Assembly: GCA_965198225.1 (NCBI GenBank)
Contig: CBDAOY010000009.1
Location: 288,001 to 352,000, forward strand
Length of the DNA: 64,000 bases
From: Terriglobia bacterium
Lineage (GTDB): Bacteria > Acidobacteriota > Terriglobia > 20CM-2-55-15
Reading direction: 5' to 3'
This document shows positions 20,870 to 31,318 of this stretch, piece after piece (within the stretch, counting starts at the first letter, position 1; the number at the start of each line of letters is the position of its first letter). Below the pieces are notes generated by a model. The model was not told where the DNA came from. It saw only the letters and a list, made by a program, of their open reading frames with translations, and did not search any database. Position numbers and translations under genes: made by a program.

Positions 20870-23333
20870 GTGCCTGGTTTCATCCCGCGACATTTAGAAG
20901 CGAAACCGTTTCTTGCAGCAACGCTCGTCGCGTTCGTCTCCCTCGGCGCCGCTCCCGCCGTCCTCGGCGACGCGCTCGCTGCATTCGCTGGTCAGACCGC
21001 AGCTGCGCCGCCGGCCCGTCCGGCACAAATACCGTCCGCCCCCGCGGGCGGGGCCGGATACCCGGCCGACCTGGCCGAAGCACTTCGCTACGCTGTAGCT
21101 GCCCAGGGCACGGACTACGAGCCCCGAACGGCGCATCGACTTCCCGACGGCAGTCCTGTGTTCACCAATCGATTGATGCTGGAAGATTCTCCCTACCTGA
21201 GGCAGCACGCGCACAATCCCGTCGATTGGTTCCCCTGGGGCCGGGAGGCGTTCGAAAGGGCGGTCGAGGAAAACAAGCTGGTGTTTCTGTCGATCGGTTA
21301 CTCCAGCTGCCACTGGTGTCACGTCATGGAGCGCGAGAGTTTCGATAGGCTCGAGATCGCGCGGATGCTGAACGAACACTTTATCGCGATCAAGGTGGAT
21401 CGCGAGCGTCGACCGGATGTGGACGAGATCTACATGACGGCGATCCGGCTGACCAGCGGCGTTGTGCCGGTTACCCAACCTCCAGTTTCCTGGTGCCTGA
21501 CGGCAGGTCTTTTTACGGCGCGACCTACTTCGAGCCGGAACCGTTCCGCGAATTGCTACTCGAGATGGCGGACGCGTGGGAGACGCGGCGTGATGAAATA
21601 CTCGACGGAGCCGACAACGTCGCACGGGCTGTCGACGAAGTCACGACTGCGCGTGGGGGAGGGTTGGAGGTCGGCGAACGGCTCGTTGCGCGCACCGCCG
21701 GCCAGATCATGGAGGGATTCGATTCGGAGTTCGGGGGGTTCAGCCCGGCTCCGAAGTTTCCGAGCGAACCTCAGCTTCTGTTCCTTCTCGATCGCGCGAT
21801 ACGCCAAGAGGAAGAGCACATCGTCGCGGCACTCGAGAAGACCCTCACCGCGATGGCTTTTGGCGGAATATACGATCAGCTGGGCGGGGGGTTCCATCGA
21901 TACTCCACCGACGAGCGCTGGCTGGTGCCCCATTTCGAAAAGATGCTCTACAACCAGGCAAACCTGGTGCGTGTTTACCTGAAGGCATACGAGCTCACCC
22001 GACACGACCTTTACTCACGGATTGCAAGACAGACCCTAGACTTCGTCCTGAGAGAACTCACCTCCCCCGATGGCGCCTTCTATTCATCCATCGACGCCGA
22101 CAGCGAGGACCGGGAGGGCGCTTTCTTCGTCTGGACGCGAAACGAGATCGATACTGTGCTCGCGCCCGACGACGCTCGACTGGCAATCGACCTGTTCGGC
22201 ATCAGCGTGGACGGAAACTTCGAAGGGAAGAATGTCCTGCATGTCGCGCGGCCTCCAGACGTCTTATCCAGCGACTACGGACTAACGCTACCGGCTTTCC
22301 TGATTCGGTCCGACCGGATTCGGCAACAACTGCTTGAAGCGAGGGTGAGGCGGATACCGCCTCTCCGGGACGAGAAGATCATCACGGCATGGAACGGCAT
22401 GATGATCACAGCTCTGACAGATGCGGCACGGGTCCTGGGACGAGAAGAGTACCTCGAAGACGCAAGACGTGCGGCGGAATATCTGTGGGCCCGTGGCCGG
22501 ACTCGCGATGGTCCGTCCTTGCTCTGCTGGACGACCATGCGTTCATGACGGAGGCCATGACGGCCCTCTACGACAGCACCGGTGATGACAAGTGGCTCGG
22601 CCGGGCACGTGATCTCGCCGGCGAGATGCTTGATCTGTTCTGGGATGACGAGTCCGGTGGTTTCTTCATGAGCCGGGATGAAGCCGGCGCCAACCTGATG
22701 GTACGGCCCAAGAGTCCCTACGAGGGCGCCGTCCCTTCGGGCAATTCGGCGGCCGTTCGCGACCGGGCCCGACTCGCCGCAATGACGGGCGAGGAAAAGT
22801 ATCGCGACCGGGCGCTTGGAACGATCGCGGCCTTCTCGGACGCAATCGCGAGGCGAGGACTGGCCTTCTCCTACATGATGATAGGAGCTCAGGAGGCTAG
22901 GAACGGAGTCGCGGGACCCAGCCAGTTCGGCGCACGCGGGGTCGTGAGGGCAAGCGGCCGCCTCGAAGTAGACCAAGGCAGCCCGAGACTCGTCGTCGAC
23001 ATCACCATCCGGGATGGATGGCACATCAACGCCAACCGGACACTGCAGGACGCACTGATCCCGACGACGTTGACTCTCGCCGACAACCCCCGGGGTTGGG
23101 AACTGCAAGGCGTGAATTATCCCGTACGAAGACTCGTCACTCTGGGGTTTCAACAGGAACCGCTCGCGGTCTTCGAAGGCAGGATACGGCTGAGCGGGCG
23201 ATTGCGTTCCGACGATGGGGAACGGATTGTGCCGGCACGTCTGTCGATCCAGGCCTGCAGCGATGAGGTATGCCTCCGACCGGAGGAGTTGTACCTGGAG
23301 GTCCCGGCCGCCGCTGGCGCGGCGAACGATTAG
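20870..23333 (+). pseudogene. YyaL/DUF255 thioredoxin-domain protein with C-terminal DsbD-like domain, two frameshifts
   Basis: [32 protein letters not shown] and QACSDEVC spread over three frames; breaks at ~21465 and ~22512. Confidence 0.85.
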
Positions 23334-23587
23334 CCAGCCGGCTTCTCCGAAAGGCGCCGGATCGCTTCCTCGGCGATCTGCCGTACCCGAACGGCCGGCA
23401 GCACATCATCACCGAAGGTCTCCAGGGCCTGGGGCGCCCAGTCCTTGATCTCCGGGCGCACGAAAGATGCTTCCTCGATGACGCGGTTGAGCGCGCGCCA
23501 CTGGTTCATCCAGTCAACCTGGTCGTCTCCTCCCAGGCTGTCACATATCTCCTTCAATCGCCGGATCCAATCCGATTCATCCGGCAT
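23330..23587 (-). CDS. Small helical hypothetical protein
   Basis: 85-aa ORF convergent with the YyaL-like gene; protein-like composition. Confidence 0.5.
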   Translation of the reverse strand: MPDESDWIRRLKEICDSLGGDDQVDWMNQWRALNRVIEEASFVRPEIKDWAPQALETFGDDVLPAVRVRQIAEEAIRRLSEKPAG

Positions 23588-23817
23588 TACGATGTTTCCC
23601 ACGCTAAAGGCCTCCGAAAGGCTTCGTCCCCGCGTGGTTCGGCTGCGAGAACGCCTACATGTTTGTTCCCAAAGCATGGCTTGTCAACAACTTTCAGGGC
23701 TCCGCAAGCATTCGAAAGAACCTGAACGAACGAGGACACTCGCCTTGTTTCGATTGCCTGGCAACGTGCTGTCGAGCTAGCATCTTGGGCAACTCGGAGA
23801 ACTCGCGGAACAGGCTC

Positions 23818-26403
23818 ATGATCGGCAGACAGATTGCACATTACGAAATCACCCAAAAGCTGGGTGAAGGCAGCATGGGCGAAGTGTATCGCGCACGGGA
23901 CACCCGCCTGAATCGCGATGTGGCGCTTAAGGTCATGCCGGCCTCGTTCAGTGGAGACCCCAAGAGAATGGCCCGCTTCGAGCGGGAGGCCCAGGTCCTG
24001 GCGTCGCTCAATCACCCGAACGTGGCAGGGATCTACGGGTTCGAGGAATCCGACGGGATACACTGCCTGGTTCTGGAGTTGATCGAAGGGGATTCGCTCA
24101 GCGACCGGCTGGGCGAAGGCTCTCTGTCGCTATCGGATACACTCGACATCGCCTCGCAGGTCGCGGCGGCTCTCGAAGCGACCCACGATGAGGGAATTAT
24201 CCACCGCGATCTCAACCCTGCGAACATCAAGATCCTGGAAAACGGAACGGTCAAGATTCTGGACTTCGGCCTCGCCAAGGTTTTCATGGATGAGACCGAG
24301 GCTCCGGCAGCCCTTTCAACCCAGGCTGGAGTTCTCCTTGGAACGCCAGCCTACATGAGTCCGGAGCAAGTCCGCGGCCGAGCCGTAGACAATCGCACGG
24401 ATGTGTGGGCCTTCGGGTGCGTGGTTTTCGAGATGCTGACCGGCACCCATGCCTTCCTGAAGGAGACGGTTCCCGACACGCTGGCGGCAGTGATGGATCA
24501 CGACCCGGCGTGGAGCCTGCTGCGCGCCGACACCCCGCCGGCCCTGCGGCGGGTTCTTCACCGGTGTCTGAACAAGGACCCACAGCGGCGGCTGCGCCAT
24601 ATCGGCGACGCAGCCCTGGAGATCGAAGAAGCCCACCGCGAAGCCGCAGGGGCGGGCTCGACTACTACCGGTGCCAGGAAATCCACTGGATGGAGGATGG
24701 TCGCAACAGTGGGAGTGATCGCCCTGGTCATAGGCGTCCTTGTGGGCTCGGTCGCCAGGAACCCGGCCCTGGTCGCCCCCGAAAGCACCGGGGGCAGGAT
24801 CCTCCAGCTGACGGACCACCCCATGGTCGAAGCCTGGCCGAGCTTCTCACCGGACGGACGGTCGGTCGTTTACGCGAGCAATGCCTCTGGCGACTGGGAC
24901 ATCTATCTGCAGCGGGCTGGCGGAACAAACGCGATCAACCTGACAGAGGACTCCGAAGCCAACGATGATTCGCCCGCACTTTCGCCCGACGGAGAGCTTA
25001 TCGCGTTCCATTCGGACCGGGGCGGCACCAAAGGCATTTTTCTGATGGGAGCCACCGGTGAATCGGTTCGGAGGCTGACCGACGACGAGGGATCCAACCC
25101 CGCATGGTCTCCGGACGGAAGCCGAATCGTATACGGAATCGGCGAGGAGATTTCTTTCAATCCGGCTGGAAGGAACGCAATCACGGCAACACTCTGGATT
25201 GTGAACGTCGAAAGCCAGAGCGAGCCACAGCACCTCGAAACCGGCCGGGACGCCGTGCAGCCGAGTTGGTCGCCAAACAGACATAGGATCGCGTTCTGGG
25301 GACTGGACCGGGCCGCCGGATCAGGTCAGCGTGATATTTGGACCGTATCCTCCGCGGGGGGTGTGGCCGTTGCCGCCACCCAGGATGCCCACGTGGATTG
25401 GAACCCCGTCTGGTCGGCCGACGGCCTTTATCTGTACTTCGCCAGCGATCGGGCCGGGGGGATGAACGTGTGGCGCCTCCCGATCGATGAGGAATCTGGA
25501 ACAGTTCTTGGACCGGCGCAGCAGATCACGACCGGGGCTTCCAGCCAGCACATGCACCTGGCGCTCGGACGGACTAACGATCAACTGGCGTACGTCGAGC
25601 GCAGGACCAGCACGAACCTGTTTAGAGTGGGCTTCGACCCCGCCAGCGGGGACCTGACAGGGGACCCGACCCCCATCACAGGTACCTCGCGAACAGTGAC
25701 CCGTCCCGACGTGTCAAACGACGGACAATGGTTAACGTACTCACTCTGGGGATCCAGGGAAGAGATCATCGTTAGTCGTGTGGATGGGAGCGATGTCCGT
25801 CAGTTGACGGACGATGAGTTCAGGAACCGGGGACCGCGTTGGTCGCCCGACGACAGCCAGATCGTATTTTATTCGGACCGCAGTGGTAGTTATGAGATCT
25901 GGTCGATGAATCCGGACGGGAGCAGTCTCGAACAGCTGACCGATACGTCAGAGAGCGAAATACTTCCTTTGTGGTCGCCGGACGGAACGCAGGTGGTCTA
26001 CGCTGCACGTCAGGAGGCACACCTTCTGACCCTGGAGTCGGGCCTCGTAGAGTCATTGCCCGGGGCGCCTTCGGAATGGACACCGAGTTCGTGGTCTCCC
26101 GATGGGTCCAAGCTGACCGGCACTTCCGAGGGCAGCCTCAACATCTACTCACGCGATTCAAGTAGCGTTATTCGCAAGGTGGAAGGAGCTAGCAATACTC
26201 ATCGCTGGCTGGATGATCAGACGCTCGTTTATTCTTTCGGACAACAGATGCGATTGGTGAGCGCTGTTTCGGGCGAGATTCGCGACCTCTACACCGCTGC
26301 CCCCGATGTAACGATAGCGCTCGCCGGTTTCTCCCCTCTACTTCTCGATGAGCAGTCCGCCGGAATCCGACATCTGGCTCCTGACGCTTCCTTAGACCCT
26401 TGA
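23818..26403 (+). CDS. Ser/Thr protein kinase with TM segment and TolB-like PD40 propeller (degenerate catalytic loop, C-terminal frameshift)
   Basis: VALK, HRDLNPAN, DFGLAK and YMSPEQ motifs; many WSPDG repeats. Confidence 0.88.
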   Translation: MIGRQIAHYEITQKLGEGSMGEVYRARDTRLNRDVALKVMPASFSGDPKRMARFEREAQVLASLNHPNVAGIYGFEESDGIHCLVLELIEGDSLSDRLGEGSLSLSDTLDIASQVAAALEATHDEGIIHRDLNPANIKILENGTVKILDFGLAKVFMDETEAPAALSTQAGVLLGTPAYMSPEQVRGRAVDNRTDVWAFGCVVFEMLTGTHAFLKETVPDTLAAVMDHDPAWSLLRADTPPALRRVLHRCLNKDPQRRLRHIGDAALEIEEAHREAAGAGSTTTGARKSTGWRMVATVGVIALVIGVLVGSVARNPALVAPESTGGRILQLTDHPMVEAWPSFSPDGRSVVYASNASGDWDIYLQRAGGTNAINLTEDSEANDDSPALSPDGELIAFHSDRGGTKGIFLMGATGESVRRLTDDEGSNPAWSPDGSRIVYGIGEEISFNPAGRNAITATLWIVNVESQSEPQHLETGRDAVQPSWSPNRHRIAFWGLDRAAGSGQRDIWTVSSAGGVAVAATQDAHVDWNPVWSADGLYLYFASDRAGGMNVWRLPIDEESGTVLGPAQQITTGASSQHMHLALGRTNDQLAYVERRTSTNLFRVGFDPASGDLTGDPTPITGTSRTVTRPDVSNDGQWLTYSLWGSREEIIVSRVDGSDVRQLTDDEFRNRGPRWSPDDSQIVFYSDRSGSYEIWSMNPDGSSLEQLTDTSESEILPLWSPDGTQVVYAARQEAHLLTLESGLVESLPGAPSEWTPSSWSPDGSKLTGTSEGSLNIYSRDSSSVIRKVEGASNTHRWLDDQTLVYSFGQQMRLVSAVSGEIRDLYTAAPDVTIALAGFSPLLLDEQSAGIRHLAPDASLDP

Positions 26404-26558
26404 TCCGCGGGTTGAGGATTCCGCTCTCGGGTGTTAGGGATCAAGCGTGCCTTCAGCACCCGACCCCGTCCGCGGCACAGGCACCATCGCCGGCAACTAT
26501 GTCTCATAACGCCTGGAGAGCTGCTTTAGGACGGCAGCGATAGTCGCATCCGACTGTG

Positions 26559-26586
26559 CTGATAGCTGAACTCTGATGACTGATCG
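26559..26586. repeat. Heptamer tandem repeat (CTGAnnn x4)
   Basis: CTGATAG CTGAACT CTGATGA CTGATCG between convergent genes. Confidence 0.55.
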
Positions 26587-26620
26587 CCTGCCATAAGAAC
26601 TAAAAATTCTCTGGGTTGAC

Positions 26621-27697
26621 TCAGAAGAGATCGCCCTTTCTTCTCTTCAGCAGAACGATAAAGAACGGTCCACCCAGCAGAGCCGTTATTACACCCACAG
26701 GTATCTCTGTCGGTGCGAACAGCGTCCGGGCCGCCGTGTCACACAGAACAAGGAAACCGGCGCCAACAAAGAAGGAGGCCGGAATGAGAACCCGGTGATC
26801 CGGACCGGCCATCAGTCTCAGTGAGTGGGGAACGATCAAACCGACGAACCCGATCGGGCCGCTGACGGCGGTAACGGCGCCAGTGAGCAGAGATCCGAAG
26901 AAATAGCAGACTACCTTCAGCTTCTCGACGTCGACACCACGGGTCGTCGCCCAGTCCTCACCGGCCGCCATGGGGTTCAGCTGCGGCGCATACCGCAGCA
27001 GGATCAACACCGCCAGGATGATTACCGGTGCGGTCTTGGCGATCATCGAATAGCTGGCGTCGTTCACGCCTCCCATCATCCACCGCACGATCAGGAACGA
27101 TTCGGTGAGGTTCGACGCGTACTGGATGAACAGAATCAACGCCGCGAAGATGAAGTTCAGCGTTACTCCGGCCAGCAGCAATGTGAACGTCGGCAATGCA
27201 TGCCGACTTCGGGCGATCAGAAAGACGAGAGAGATCGTGAGCAGGGCGCCGAGAAACGCGGCGATCGAAACGATTGGAACTCCGAGCAGCACGATATCCA
27301 ATCCGAGCCAGATCGCCAGGACCGCTCCGAAGGAACTGCCGCTGGATATACCCAGGGTAAACGGCGTCGCGAGCGGGTTGCGCAGGATTGCCTGAAACAG
27401 AACGCCGGCGACCGCCAGCGAGCCACCGGCGAGAGCTCCAAAGAGAATCCGGGGCAGCCGCGCAACCATGAATATTTCGCGGTCGGGACTCCTACCGGAC
27501 CAAACCCCCTGCCATGTGATGTCGGCGGAACCGACCCACGGCGTCACCAGCATCACGAGCGCGGCGAAAAGCGCACACGGTCCGACCAGCGTCACGAATC
27601 GTGTTGCAGTCAGCCCTCGCTCAGGCGGACGGGATGACGTACTTGCCGTCTCCCCCAGGCCGGTCGAGGACAGTGGCTGTGATTTCAAAGACTTCAT
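26621..27697 (-). CDS. FecCD/BtuC family ABC permease (start uncertain)
   Basis: RLPRIL, FQAILRNPLATP, GPIGFVGLIVPH and EIPVGV motifs. Confidence 0.9.
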   Translation of the reverse strand: MKSLKSQPLSSTGLGETASTSSRPPERGLTATRFVTLVGPCALFAALVMLVTPWVGSADITWQGVWSGRSPDREIFMVARLPRILFGALAGGSLAVAGVLFQAILRNPLATPFTLGISSGSSFGAVLAIWLGLDIVLLGVPIVSIAAFLGALLTISLVFLIARSRHALPTFTLLLAGVTLNFIFAALILFIQYASNLTESFLIVRWMMGGVNDASYSMIAKTAPVIILAVLILLRYAPQLNPMAAGEDWATTRGVDVEKLKVVCYFFGSLLTGAVTAVSGPIGFVGLIVPHSLRLMAGPDHRVLIPASFFVGAGFLVLCDTAARTLFAPTEIPVGVITALLGGPFFIVLLKRRKGDLF

Positions 27698-28394
27698 ACA
27701 GTCGTTCGGGTGTCAGGATCTCTTCGGGAGCTCCGTCGGCCGCGACCGCGCCATCACGCAGGGCGACCATCCTCCGGGCGTACTGCGCCGCAAGGTTGAT
27801 GTCGTGGGTGACGGCGACGATCGTCAGATTCTGCTCACGATTCAGGCGCTCCAGAATCTTGTAGAAATGGATCTGGTGCTTCAGATCCAGGAACACCGTC
27901 GGCTCGTCGAGCAGGAGCACTTCCGGAGTCTGGGAAAGCGCGCTGGCCAGGACGACCCGCTGCCTTTCGCCGCCGCTCAGCTCGTTGAACATCTTCCCGC
28001 CCAGCTCGGACGTCTCGGTCAACTCCATTGCCTTTGTCACGAACTCCGAGTCGGCGGCGGAATCGAAGACAAAGCCACGACGGTATGGAAGACGCCCCAT
28101 CAGAATCATTTCATCGACGGTAAAGGGAAAGACGACGTGGGTTTCCTGCGGGACGAGAGCAAGCCTGCGCGACAGTTCGACGGGCAAGTACTCCGCAATC
28201 GAGCGCCCCTTGAAAGCGAGGGCCCCCTCAAAGCGCGAGACGATCCCGGCCATCAGCTTCAGCAGGGTCGATTTGCCCGCGCCATTCGGACCGACGACGG
28301 CGACAAACTCTCCAGCACTAATCTTCAACGACACATCACGCAGAACCGGCTCTGCGCCGTATCCAAAGCGGAGATCTTCAACGTCGTAGATCAT
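27621..28394 (-). CDS. Cobalamin/Fe-siderophore ABC ATPase (BtuD/FepC-like)
   Basis: GPNGAGKST, LSGGERQR, LLLDEP and HDINLA motifs. Confidence 0.9.
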   Translation of the reverse strand: MIYDVEDLRFGYGAEPVLRDVSLKISAGEFVAVVGPNGAGKSTLLKLMAGIVSRFEGALAFKGRSIAEYLPVELSRRLALVPQETHVVFPFTVDEMILMGRLPYRRGFVFDSAADSEFVTKAMELTETSELGGKMFNELSGGERQRVVLASALSQTPEVLLLDEPTVFLDLKHQIHFYKILERLNREQNLTIVAVTHDINLAAQYARRMVALRDGAVAADGAPEEILTPERLYEVFEITATVLDRPGGDGKYVIPSA

Positions 28395-29839
28395 GCCGTC
28401 GTCAGGAGGTCCAGTAGCCCGGCGTCGAGGTGCTCGGTCGCTACCTTTGCCAGGCGATCGTAGGTCGCGTGTTTGGAGTGACCGACGCCGGCCGGGCGCC
28501 AGCTCATGCCGAGCTGTGTAGCCACCATCGTCAGGAACTCGCTGGTAAACTCTGCGTTTTCAAAAATTCCGTGGAAGTAGGTGCCGCAGATACCGTCGGA
28601 AACCACTCCGTCCCGGCTCCCATCCACCTTCACGGCAAACGGACGGCTATCGCTCCTGGGGGTCGAACGTCCCATATGGATCTCGTAACCACGGATCGTG
28701 GGCCCGAGAAAGCTTCGTGCCTCGGCACGTCTGGTGGTCTTCTCCGGGGCCAACTTCGTGTCGACGTCAAGCAGGCCGAGCCCTTCGATGGAACCGCCTT
28801 CCTCGACGCCAGAAGGATCGGAAACCCTTGTCCCCAGTATCTGGTAGCCGCCGCATATTCCCAACACGAAAGAGCCGGAACGGACAGCCTTTCGCACCCA
28901 CGGCTCAAAGCCCCTCTGACGGATCCACTCAAGGTCTCGAATCGTATTCTTGCTGCCCGGAATAATCAACACCTCGGGGAACGGTCCTGATGGGGTCCTG
29001 AGGTAGTCGACCCCAACGCCGTCAATCTGGTCCAGCGGGTTGAAGTCCGTGTAGTTGGAGATGTGCGGCAGCTGAATCACTCCGACTCGGAACTCAGCCG
29101 GGGTCTGCTGTCGCTCTTCGAGCGAGACTCCATCCTCCTGGTCGATGTTCAGCGAGTCGATGTACGGCATAACGCCGAAACACCTCTGTCCGGTCCGTTG
29201 CTCGAGGAACCGGACCCCGTCGCCGAACAGCGCCACGTCACCTCGAAACCTGTTGATGATGAAACCACGGAGTGTTTCTGACGCTGCGGGTTGGAGCAGA
29301 TCGAATGTTCCGACGAGGGACGCAAACACGCCGCCACGGTCGATGTCGGCGACGACTACTGCCGGTGCACCGACCGCCTGAGCGAACGGTAGGTTGACGA
29401 TGTCCCGATCCATCAAGTTTATCTCCGCCGCGCTACCGGCACCTTCAAGGATGATCGCGTCATAACGAGCATCGAGCCTGCTGTAGCCTTCCAGCGCCTG
29501 CTCGAAGAAGAACCGTCGCTTCTCCGAATACTCGTTGCCGGTCATCGTCGCGTAAACGGAGCCGTTCAGCACCACCTGGAGCCGTCCTCCGGAGCTGGGC
29601 TTCAGAAGGATCGGGTTCATGTCGGGCTCCGGCTCGAGCCCCGCCGCTTCTGCCTGAACGACCTGGGCACGGCCGATCTCGGCCCCGTTGGCGCACACGA
29701 ACGAATTCAGGGCGATGTTCTGCGACTTGAAGGGCGCGACACGGATGCCGCGATTCCGAAGAATTCGGCATAAAGCCGTCACGATCAAGCTCTTTCCGAC
29801 GTGTGAGGCGGTACCGACGACCATCAGTGAGTGGGCCAT
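28391..29839 (-). CDS. cobQ: Cobyric acid synthase
   Basis: GTASHVGKS, PFKSQN, EGAGS, DIDRGG, GICGGYQ and GYEIH motifs. Confidence 0.93.
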   Translation of the reverse strand: MAHSLMVVGTASHVGKSLIVTALCRILRNRGIRVAPFKSQNIALNSFVCANGAEIGRAQVVQAEAAGLEPEPDMNPILLKPSSGGRLQVVLNGSVYATMTGNEYSEKRRFFFEQALEGYSRLDARYDAIILEGAGSAAEINLMDRDIVNLPFAQAVGAPAVVVADIDRGGVFASLVGTFDLLQPAASETLRGFIINRFRGDVALFGDGVRFLEQRTGQRCFGVMPYIDSLNIDQEDGVSLEERQQTPAEFRVGVIQLPHISNYTDFNPLDQIDGVGVDYLRTPSGPFPEVLIIPGSKNTIRDLEWIRQRGFEPWVRKAVRSGSFVLGICGGYQILGTRVSDPSGVEEGGSIEGLGLLDVDTKLAPEKTTRRAEARSFLGPTIRGYEIHMGRSTPRSDSRPFAVKVDGSRDGVVSDGICGTYFHGIFENAEFTSEFLTMVATQLGMSWRPAGVGHSKHATYDRLAKVATEHLDAGLLDLLTTA

Positions 29840-29927
29840 GATCACAAGGATATCTCACGATAGCGACCTTCGGATCGGCCGGCTGGGGTTTGACTCCCCA
29901 TGAAGCCAGCCGATAGAATCCGCGACT

Positions 29928-31127
29928 ATGGCCGATCAGTCGGAGGTGTGGGTCTTTCGTCTTACGATCGCGACGGCGGCTGCCGTTCTGGTCTCGATCG
30001 CCGCCTCGCAGATCCTGCTGACTCTGACGCTTCTGGCCTGGCTGGTCCTCCGACCCAGACCGATTCGCTGGCCGGCCTATTTCATCCCTCTCTCGGCGTT
30101 CATGCTCACAACTCTGCTGTCGCTGGCGATGTCGGCCGATCCGTCGGTCGGGTTCGGCCCTGTGAGCAAGTTTGTCCTTTTCAGCATGGGTCTCATCGCC
30201 GCCGCGTTCGTTACCGACGCGGGACGAATACGCGCCCTGACGGCGGTAATGATCATCGTCGCGACAGCCGCGGCATTGGCCGCAATCGTCCAGTTCGGCC
30301 TCCAGTATTCCGTGTATCTGACCTCGGGAGATCTGGCCGACGACCCGATGATCCTGGCGCGAGTCACCGGCTTCATGGGCCATTGGATGACGTTCAGCGG
30401 CCAGCAGATGCTCGTCTGGTGTGGGGCGGTTCCGCTGGTGTTTGCGTTGGGATCGCGAAAGTACATGATCCCGCTTGGTATAGTAGGTGTAGCGCTGCTG
30501 CTGAGCTTCACACGCGGCGTCTGGATCGGATCGGCCGCCGGGATCGGGGTCGCGGCGTTGTACCTTCCGAAGCGCCAGTTGCTCCGGTTGTTGATTCCCC
30601 TCGGCGTGATCGCGGTGCTGGCGTCCCCTTTGATCGCCCATCGGATCTCGATGAGTTTCCTCGAAGGTGGATTCGCGCCCGACCAGGCGCGACTGGCGTA
30701 CCTGGATGTCGGTGTTCGGATGATCCGGGACCACCCCCTGTTTGGCGTCGGCCCCGAGCGTATCGGTGTGGAGTTTCCAGACTACTACCACGGGGACGCC
30801 CTGAACTTCTTCTACGGCCACCTGCACAACAACTTCCTGCAGATCGGTGCGGAACGGGGACTGCTGTGCCTGGCGGCCTTCGTCTGGCTCCTGATCAGTC
30901 TGGGCGCGGATTTCGTGCGCAGAACGGCGTCGAAGAAAAACCTGGAGAAATGGATTGCCGTTTCGGGGTTGTCGGTCCTGGTGGCGTTTATCGTCGCAGG
31001 GCTCTTCGAGTATAACTTCGGGGACTCCGAAGTCCTGATGCTTTTCCTGTTTCTGGTTTCGCTCCCGTCTGAGCTGTCGGAGGCTCGCAGCTACGACGAT
31101 GTCCACGTGGCCTCACCGGAGGGTTAA
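29928..31127 (+). CDS. O-antigen ligase family membrane protein
   Basis: Multi-TM; TRG, HPLFGVG and HLHNNFLQ motifs. Confidence 0.88.
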   Translation: MADQSEVWVFRLTIATAAAVLVSIAASQILLTLTLLAWLVLRPRPIRWPAYFIPLSAFMLTTLLSLAMSADPSVGFGPVSKFVLFSMGLIAAAFVTDAGRIRALTAVMIIVATAAALAAIVQFGLQYSVYLTSGDLADDPMILARVTGFMGHWMTFSGQQMLVWCGAVPLVFALGSRKYMIPLGIVGVALLLSFTRGVWIGSAAGIGVAALYLPKRQLLRLLIPLGVIAVLASPLIAHRISMSFLEGGFAPDQARLAYLDVGVRMIRDHPLFGVGPERIGVEFPDYYHGDALNFFYGHLHNNFLQIGAERGLLCLAAFVWLLISLGADFVRRTASKKNLEKWIAVSGLSVLVAFIVAGLFEYNFGDSEVLMLFLFLVSLPSELSEARSYDDVHVASPEG

Positions 31128-31131
31128 CGCG

Positions 31132-31317
31132 ATGACACCACCAAAGCTGACCGGTGAAACGGCGAAGGCGATCGCTAAGATCGGCAACTGGGATCTGACC
31201 GACGAACGGGCCGAAGAGATCGCGGGAATCTTTCAGCCTCTGTACGACGACACTCGTGAGCTCCGAAAGATGGAGCTCGGGGACTCGGCTCCCGACACCC
31301 CCTTCGAGGCGGATTGA
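31132..31317 (+). CDS. Small GatC/AtzG-like amidase partner
   Basis: 61 aa, AKAIAKIGNWDLTDERAEEI pattern, ends 1 nt before the amidase. Confidence 0.65.
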   Translation: MTPPKLTGETAKAIAKIGNWDLTDERAEEIAGIFQPLYDDTRELRKMELGDSAPDTPFEAD

Positions 31318-31318
31318 C

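Noticed and set aside
29840-29927. Cobalamin riboswitch upstream of cobQ
   Set aside because: Intergenic gap is under 90 nt with no B12 box
29460-31106. 548-aa minus-strand ORF
   Set aside because: Antisense shadow of the O-antigen ligase in GC-rich DNA; no motifs
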